A stretch of DNA of 64,000 bases, taken from contig OX597818.1 in NCBI GenBank assembly GCA_951406725.2, forward strand, positions 134,850,001-134,914,000, written 5' to 3'. Below the pieces are notes generated by a model. The model searched no databases. It had not been told where the DNA came from and saw only the letters and a list, made by a program, of their open reading frames with translations. How positions within the stretch are numbered: position 1 is the stretch's first letter; the number at the start of each line of letters is the position of its first letter. Both the position numbers and the translations under genes were made by a program. This stretch comes from Octopus vulgaris (taxonomy: Eukaryota). Positions 61,396 to 64,000 of the stretch are shown piece after piece.

Positions 61396-63130
61396 TAATC
61401 AAACATTTTTGAAATGCATTCTTCAGTATTCAAGTAATTCAAAATTGGTTGGCTCAAGTGCTGTCAGTTGGAATTGCATTAAACAAAACATTCTTTGCCT
61501 AGACAAGGAAAACTAAGTAGTATGAAATAGAAAATGATTATTCTATTCCAGAGGAATTCAAAAGCACTGAGCTAGCAGACAGTTAACAGGATATGTCCAC
61601 AAACATCACTGGTTGCAGCCCACCCACAAACGGTGACATATCCATTCATAGTCATAGCTCAGTACTAGTAGTAGTTGTGATACCTGTGCCGGTGGCACGT
61701 AAAAAGCATCATCCGAATGTGGCCGATACCAACGCTGCCTTGACTGGCTTCCATGCTGGTGGCACGTAAAAAGCACCATCCGAATGTGGCCGATGCCAAC
61801 GCTGCCTTGACTGGCTTCCGTGCTGGTGGCACGTAAAAAGCACCATCTGAATGTGGCCAATGCCAACGCCACCTTGACTGGCTTCCGTGCTGGTGGCACG
61901 TAAAAAGCACCATCCGAATGTGGCCGATGCCAGCACTGCCTTGACTGGCTTCCGTGCTGGTGGCACGTAAAAAGCACCATCCGAATGTGGCCGATGCCAG
62001 CCTCCCCTGGCACGTAAAAAGCACCCACTACACTCACAGAGTGGTTGGCATTAGGAAGGGCATCCAGCTGTAGAAGCACTGCCAGATCAGACCGGCTTCT
62101 GTAGAAGCACTGCCAGATCAGACCGGAGCCTGGTGCAGCCTCCTGGCTTCCCAGACCCCGGTCGAACCGTCCAACCCATGCTAGCATGGAAAACTGACGT
62201 TTGGTTGAGGGAAACTGAAGAAGCCCATTGTATATGTGCATGTGTGTGTGTGTGTGTTCATATTTCACTTGTCTACATTGTTTTTTTTTTGCTCACTGAT
62301 TATAAACATGAAAACAGTGGGTCTGTGTCATTTGCATGCAGTCCACCATGAAAGCATGTTTGTGCTTGACATATTATGCAACCTTTTTGAACAAAAGACT
62401 TGTTCTTAGAGTTGTTTGTTTCCAGTTCTTCACATGAACATGTCCAGGCTGTTGGTCAGCATTTTGGGAGATTATTATCTCACTAGGAAACAAGTTAGCA
62501 ACAAGAAAGCTGTTTAGCCATAAAAAAAATATTGGCTTTAACATTCTCATCCAACTCTTGTAAGCATGGAAAGGTAGATGTTAAAATGATGACAATCATG
62601 ATGATGCCTTCAAATGTTTTGAGATTCAATTTAACTACATAGTATATCTGTGTCTAGACCTCATTTCAATTGATTTGATTTCTAATTGTTATCAGGTGTT
62701 TTATTCCTGGATGTTTACATGATTGAGATTAGATTTGAACTAGGGAACAATGTTCTTATGTACTCATTTAATGGATCAGAACATTTTCTCAGTTTGAATC
62801 TAGCTCAGGACCATGAATTTATTCAGAAATAACACACTTCTTGATAATAATGATGATGATGATGAATAGTTTTGTAGGAATGATGTATATGTGCATGTGT
62901 GTGTAGCATACTTAGTTTAGAGATTTCCTTATTGGAGATTTTTCATTTCTAGGAGTCAGTTCCCAACAAATGGAGAGGGTGGCTCCAGTACTTTAACAAA
63001 AGCCATTGAACTAGCAACGAGCCGAGAAAGAATGCAGACGCTGTCTCCAAGTTCTCTCAATACCGTAAATAATATAATTTCTGTGTTTAATGCTTCACAG
63101 AAAGAAATATTGAACAGTGATAAAAATCAG
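20472..63130 (+). CDS. STK31: Multi-exon STK31/TDRD8-like gene (RRM + extended Tudor + coiled coil), 3'-incomplete; 13 coding exons, about 551 aa in window
   Basis: All 12 internal introns are GT-AG with matching phases and the joined ORF is open. The Tudor segment ETVLVSHVENCNVIWVQ...LAEVCPKAKKVEKIQLNK-IFAAKFSEDQLWYRC...VSFVDYGNEE resembles recalled vertebrate STK31 (SHIEDAVTFWAQ...LSEVCPQA...NKIYGGLFSEDQCWYRC...YIDYGN). Kinase domain not seen, so the symbol is an inference. Confidence 0.8.
22748..22785 (+). ncRNA. Hammerhead-like motif with variant core (CUGUUGA)
   Basis: CCUUU-CUGUUGA-A-GAGC(AUAG)GCUC-GAAA-CG-UC-GAAGA. Confidence 0.45.
24979..25204 (+). mobile_element. tRNA-derived SINE family C (about 230 bp); also 6133-6343, 24060-24272, 34252-34450, 56068-56298 and diverged 59050-59220 (all +)
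   Basis: GAGCTGGCAGAA...GAGTTCAAATTCC...GCCTTTCATCCTTTCGGGGTCGATAAA...AAGTACCAG; the central part resembles the recalled Meta-SINE domain. Confidence 0.88.
26310..26397 (-). ncRNA. Degenerate hammerhead motif (Penelope-like LTR remnant)
   Basis: GUGG-CUGAAGA-A-GGCCAUUG...UAAUAGCC-AGGAA-CAUAUG-UA-CCGC; GAAA is mutated. Confidence 0.5.
26470..27720. repeat. Compound TA/TG micro- and minisatellite (15-bp ATATGTGTATATTAT array at the start)
   Basis: Direct inspection. Confidence 0.95.
27795..27921 (+). ncRNA. Type I hammerhead ribozyme with long stem II, in a Penelope-like LTR remnant
   Basis: AUCU-CUGAAGA-GGCC(92 nt)GGCC-GAAA-CAGCUG-UA-AGAU; followed by an AT-rich tail with AATAAA. Confidence 0.75.
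28340..28993. repeat. About 26-28-bp minisatellite (TATGTATATATATGTGTATTTATATCCG)
   Basis: Direct inspection. Confidence 0.95.
29800..31145 (+). mobile_element. 5'-truncated RTE-clade LINE (3' of ORF2 + 3' UTR + (GAT)n tail)
   Basis: CSICRKGVGRNSIRCTQC, FLHLGD, KGRLYDACLRTAMLHGSETW, LRWYGHV; stops; runs into the GAT-tailed UTR. Confidence 0.9.
31307..31380. repeat. Three tandem copies of 24-bp GTTCGTGAAATGTAGTTTTTCCCT
   Basis: Direct inspection. Confidence 0.9.
31840..33030 (-). mobile_element. Decayed RTE/BovB-like LINE reverse transcriptase fragment
   Basis: PQELKDASIVHLYKRKG, LPESQYGFR, QLQEKCQEQNRDLYMTFVDLTKDFD, TYLGSTLS. Confidence 0.9.
34676..35251 (-). mobile_element. 5'-truncated RTE-group LINE with 9-bp TSD TTTATACAT, nested in an older RTE-tail copy
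   Basis: Open ORF DYKYLGS...VEPILLYGSETW...FVGHCCR; (GAT)n tail; TSD at 34667-34675 and 35252-35260. Confidence 0.9.
35593..35975 (-). mobile_element. SINE family A copy
   Basis: Full length; TACTGTCTGT duplicated on the flanks. Confidence 0.9.
36293..36381 (+). CDS. STK31: Coding exon 2: KNVGRLFSKFGEIQSIMVRDDNNTPGTKIS (RRM helix 1/beta 2)
   Basis: ctaacag| ... TC|gtaagt, phase 0 to 2; LFSKFGEI is a typical RRM motif. Confidence 0.92.
37465..37584 (+). CDS. STK31: Coding exon 3: YVRFYCDEDSKKAVDECNGCDVDGNTIVVRRTGKNDKRH (RRM RNP1, helix 2, beta 4)
   Basis: ttcttttag| ... AG|gtaaat, 120 nt, phase 2 to 2; completes the RRM fold. Confidence 0.92.
38380..39850 (-). mobile_element. Highly decayed RTE-like LINE
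   Basis: YADD-like remnant (YDADLVFIAES) near 38770 and K/R-rich decayed ORF pieces. Confidence 0.5.
40610..40695 (+). CDS. STK31: Coding exon 4: KPGEKFQSVVGMKPEKKNDRISNRGPDI (linker)
   Basis: Poly-T ag| ... G|gtaaa, phase 2 to 1, open frame. Confidence 0.85.
41246..41461. mobile_element. piggyBac-type MITE (diverged copy)
   Basis: TTAA|CCCGTTAGCATT ... GAAAGG|TTA; homologous to 63294-63514. Confidence 0.65.
41590..42024 (+). mobile_element. SINE family B copy; also 37061-37249(-), 40256-40416(-), 48157-48556(-), 49430-49780(+), 49907-50329(-), 50376-50540(+), 51481-51890(-)
   Basis: Homology to 2230-2622. Confidence 0.9.
42771..42868 (+). CDS. STK31: Coding exon 5: VPYEDRPNRHTGTIRPDGKTSRCGQSSPEDPAD (linker)
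   Basis: ttttgtatag| ... GAT|gtaaga, phase 1 to 0, bridges the phases of exons 4 and 6. Confidence 0.8.
43317..43699 (+). mobile_element. SINE family A copy; also at 42147-42527(+) and 46150-46514(+)
   Basis: Full length; ATAAGAGAGAAGA duplicated on the flanks. Confidence 0.9.
44210..44760. mobile_element. Mariner transposase remnant with internal inversion
   Basis: + strand MEKVEQRICIKFCQKLG; - strand VSAKFVPKLF...LFDCVENDENFLK. Confidence 0.75.
44720..45531 (-). mobile_element. Gypsy (Mag-like) remnant: LTR + PBS + gag fragment
   Basis: gag GITFSPYFQRYEEIF...KVRLLLRKL...YCNYILP; PBS TGGCGACGAGG at about 45237-45246; LTR starts TGTTG at 45531. Confidence 0.8.
46770..46922 (+). CDS. STK31: Coding exon 6: ETVLVSHVENCNVIWVQVVTEDVQEKLLYVTNQLAEVCPKAKKVEKIQLNK (extended Tudor N-part)
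   Basis: tcttag| ... AAA|gtatga, 153 nt, phase 0 to 0. Confidence 0.92.
46952..47170. mobile_element. piggyBac-type MITE
   Basis: TTAA|CCCTTTCGTTAC ... GTAACAAAAGGG|TTAA. Confidence 0.8.
47380..47460 (+). CDS. STK31: Coding exon 7: IFAAKFSEDQLWYRCIIREPQQHLSSK (Tudor core)
   Basis: cttcag| ... AAG|gtaaat, 81 nt; FSEDxxWYR Tudor signature. Confidence 0.95.
50565..50948 (-). mobile_element. SINE family A copy
   Basis: Full-length reverse complement. Confidence 0.9.
51249..51398 (+). CDS. STK31: Coding exon 8: VRVSFVDYGNEEETCVNNLVEVPPNICEFKPFARKVILNLTKSKKYMDEK (Tudor core)
   Basis: ttttag| ... AAA|gtaagt, 150 nt; FVDYGN Tudor signature. Confidence 0.95.
52253..52890 (-). mobile_element. 5'-truncated CR1-clade LINE
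   Basis: LYTAMVRPHLEFASSVWNPY...LESVQRRATK...FFTLRVAEAWNKL; (ATT)n tail. Confidence 0.92.
53045..53382 (+). CDS. STK31: Coding exon 9: GLAFVKEFTNGK...SLSDLFVQEGYI...NKNTLT (Tudor SN-like C-part plus S/P-rich linker)
   Basis: atttag| ... CA|gtgagt, 338 nt, phase 0 to 2; overlaps track ORF 53048-53386. Confidence 0.88.
53699..53919. mobile_element. piggyBac-type MITE
   Basis: TTAA|CCCTTTAG ... CTAAAGGG|TTAA. Confidence 0.8.
54247..54467. mobile_element. piggyBac-type MITE
   Basis: TTAA|CCCTTTAG ... CTAAAGGG|TTAA, 221 bp. Confidence 0.85.
54774..55157 (+). mobile_element. SINE family A copy
   Basis: Full length; TSD ATTAATTAGATTG. Confidence 0.9.
55484..55652 (+). CDS. STK31: Coding exon 10: DLREPIPKLHGWLSDGKNTLVQLQSELTSTKQELAQIRQEKDALLLELSNTQSKLK (coiled coil)
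   Basis: catctag| ... AAG|gtatgt, phase 2 to 0; heptad pattern. Confidence 0.9.
57508..57902 (-). mobile_element. CR1 3'-end fragment inside the Gypsy element
   Basis: Homologous to 52270-52560, with (ATT)n tail. Confidence 0.8.
58241..58635 (+). mobile_element. Non-autonomous Helitron inserted in a Gypsy 3' LTR
   Basis: a|TCTTTATATATAAAAG ... CCCGAGCAACGCTGGGCGATACTGCTAG|t. Confidence 0.88.
60284..60337 (+). CDS. STK31: Coding exon 11: NIQTEYNNKLSENSYHEL
   Basis: aaacag| ... TTG|gtgagt, 54 nt, phase 0 to 0. Confidence 0.82.
61290..61333 (+). CDS. STK31: Coding exon 12: TKNIITLTEKIRKLR
   Basis: ttccag| ... AG|gtaagc, 44 nt, phase 0 to 2. Confidence 0.85.
61670..62200 (+). mobile_element. 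RTE 3'-UTR-derived element with expanded 67-bp tandem array; related tails at 57-250(+), 1280-1555(-), 4206-4475(-), 37965-38340(+), 45668-45830(-), 48862-49310(-), 58672-58818(-)
   Basis: All match 30820-31145; repeat units start at 61691, 61758, 61825, 61892 and 61959. Confidence 0.85.
62953..63130 (+). CDS. STK31: Coding exon 13: SQFPTNGEGGSSTLTKAIELATSRERMQTLSPSSLNTVNNIISVFNASQKEILNSDKNQ
   Basis: ttctag| ... CAG|gtaggt, 178 nt, phase 2 to 0; gene continues past the window. Confidence 0.88.
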
Positions 63131-63293
63131 GTAGGTTTACCATTTATATTTTATTAATCAAAACAACACAAACAATTATATTACTTTCCAAGTTTTCATT
63201 ATTATTTCTGTTTCTTTGATTTTATTCTGTTGCCTTCAAGTATTTTTTTATAAAATTAAATAGAAGTTTAATTTTCCTTTTAAATAGCTTTAA

Positions 63294-63514
63294 CCCTTTA
63301 GCATTTAAACCAGCCATATCCGGCCAAAAGTATTCTGCTTGTTTTATGTTCAAACTGGCCAGATCTGGTCTCTCACACCAACCCTACAATATCGTTTTAA
63401 AAATTAACAGCTACCTCTTCAAAATCTCATAGCTACAAGATAATGCATGATTAGTTCAAAACAATGTGGATGAAAAAGCATTAATTTTGGCAGAATAAAG
63501 TGAACACTAAAGGG
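63294..63514. mobile_element. piggyBac-type MITE, inverted near-identical copy of 54247-54467
   Basis: TTAA TSD, CCCTTTAG TIR, 221 bp. Confidence 0.85.
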
Positions 63515-64000
63515 TTAAATTAGTTGTTGGTTTGGCAGACATCAGCAAAAATACAAAACATAGTTTGCATCCATATAATTCTTCTTTGCCATAATGTTGG
63601 ACAAGTTTCAAATATTTAAAGCTGTCTTGATTTTATTAAAATAGCAATTTGTTTACTCAATTTTCAATCCAACTTCTATGAGAAACAGTACTTTCTATTA
63701 ACTGAATTTTTGACATAATTTCCAGTCCACTCTGTCTTTTATTGTGTATCTGGGCTGTATGTTCCTCAGTTAGTCTAGGTATCATGTTATCTGTAATAAA
63801 CCAGTATTTAGCTGTTTGGAATACATACCGTGTCTTGTTTGTCAAACCAACATAGCTATTAGAAATAGGTCTCATGTCATCTGTGAAAACCAAAATCTAG
63901 CTATTAGGAACAGGTACACGTTATGTGATAAAACATTTTATGAAGAGGTTAATCTCTCGTTCATCTTGAAATGGAAGATTAACTAATGTTCTTAAAAGTC

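Noticed and set aside
61691-62030. CRISPR-like repeat-spacer appearance and 220-aa ORF
   Set aside because: Spacers are near-identical (tandem repeat), it lies in a LINE UTR, the context is eukaryotic and there are no cas genes.

Overview
AT-rich, repeat-saturated eukaryotic genomic DNA. The SINE, MITE and microsatellite content looks like an octopus genome (inference from repeat families). The main feature is one + strand spliced gene, assembled by hand from 13 phase-consistent GT-AG coding exons (20472-63130, about 551 aa, continuing beyond the window). It encodes an N-terminal RRM, an extended Tudor domain closely resembling STK31/TDRD8, and a coiled-coil region; the expected kinase domain is not in the window. 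The rest is mostly transposon-derived: four tRNA-derived SINE families, RTE and CR1 LINE fragments, Gypsy remnants and solo LTRs, two Helitron copies, Merlin and mariner transposase fossils, and Merlin-, hAT- and piggyBac-type MITEs. The most unusual object is a 534-bp fold-back insertion (7974-8507, 13-bp TSD) whose arms each join a tRNA-like Pol III head to a Penelope-type minimal hammerhead ribozyme. Four other unrelated hammerhead motifs (one intact, three decayed) also occur. Almost all ORFs in the supplied track are spurious. Everything was read by eye, and repeat boundaries are approximate unless a TSD is quoted.
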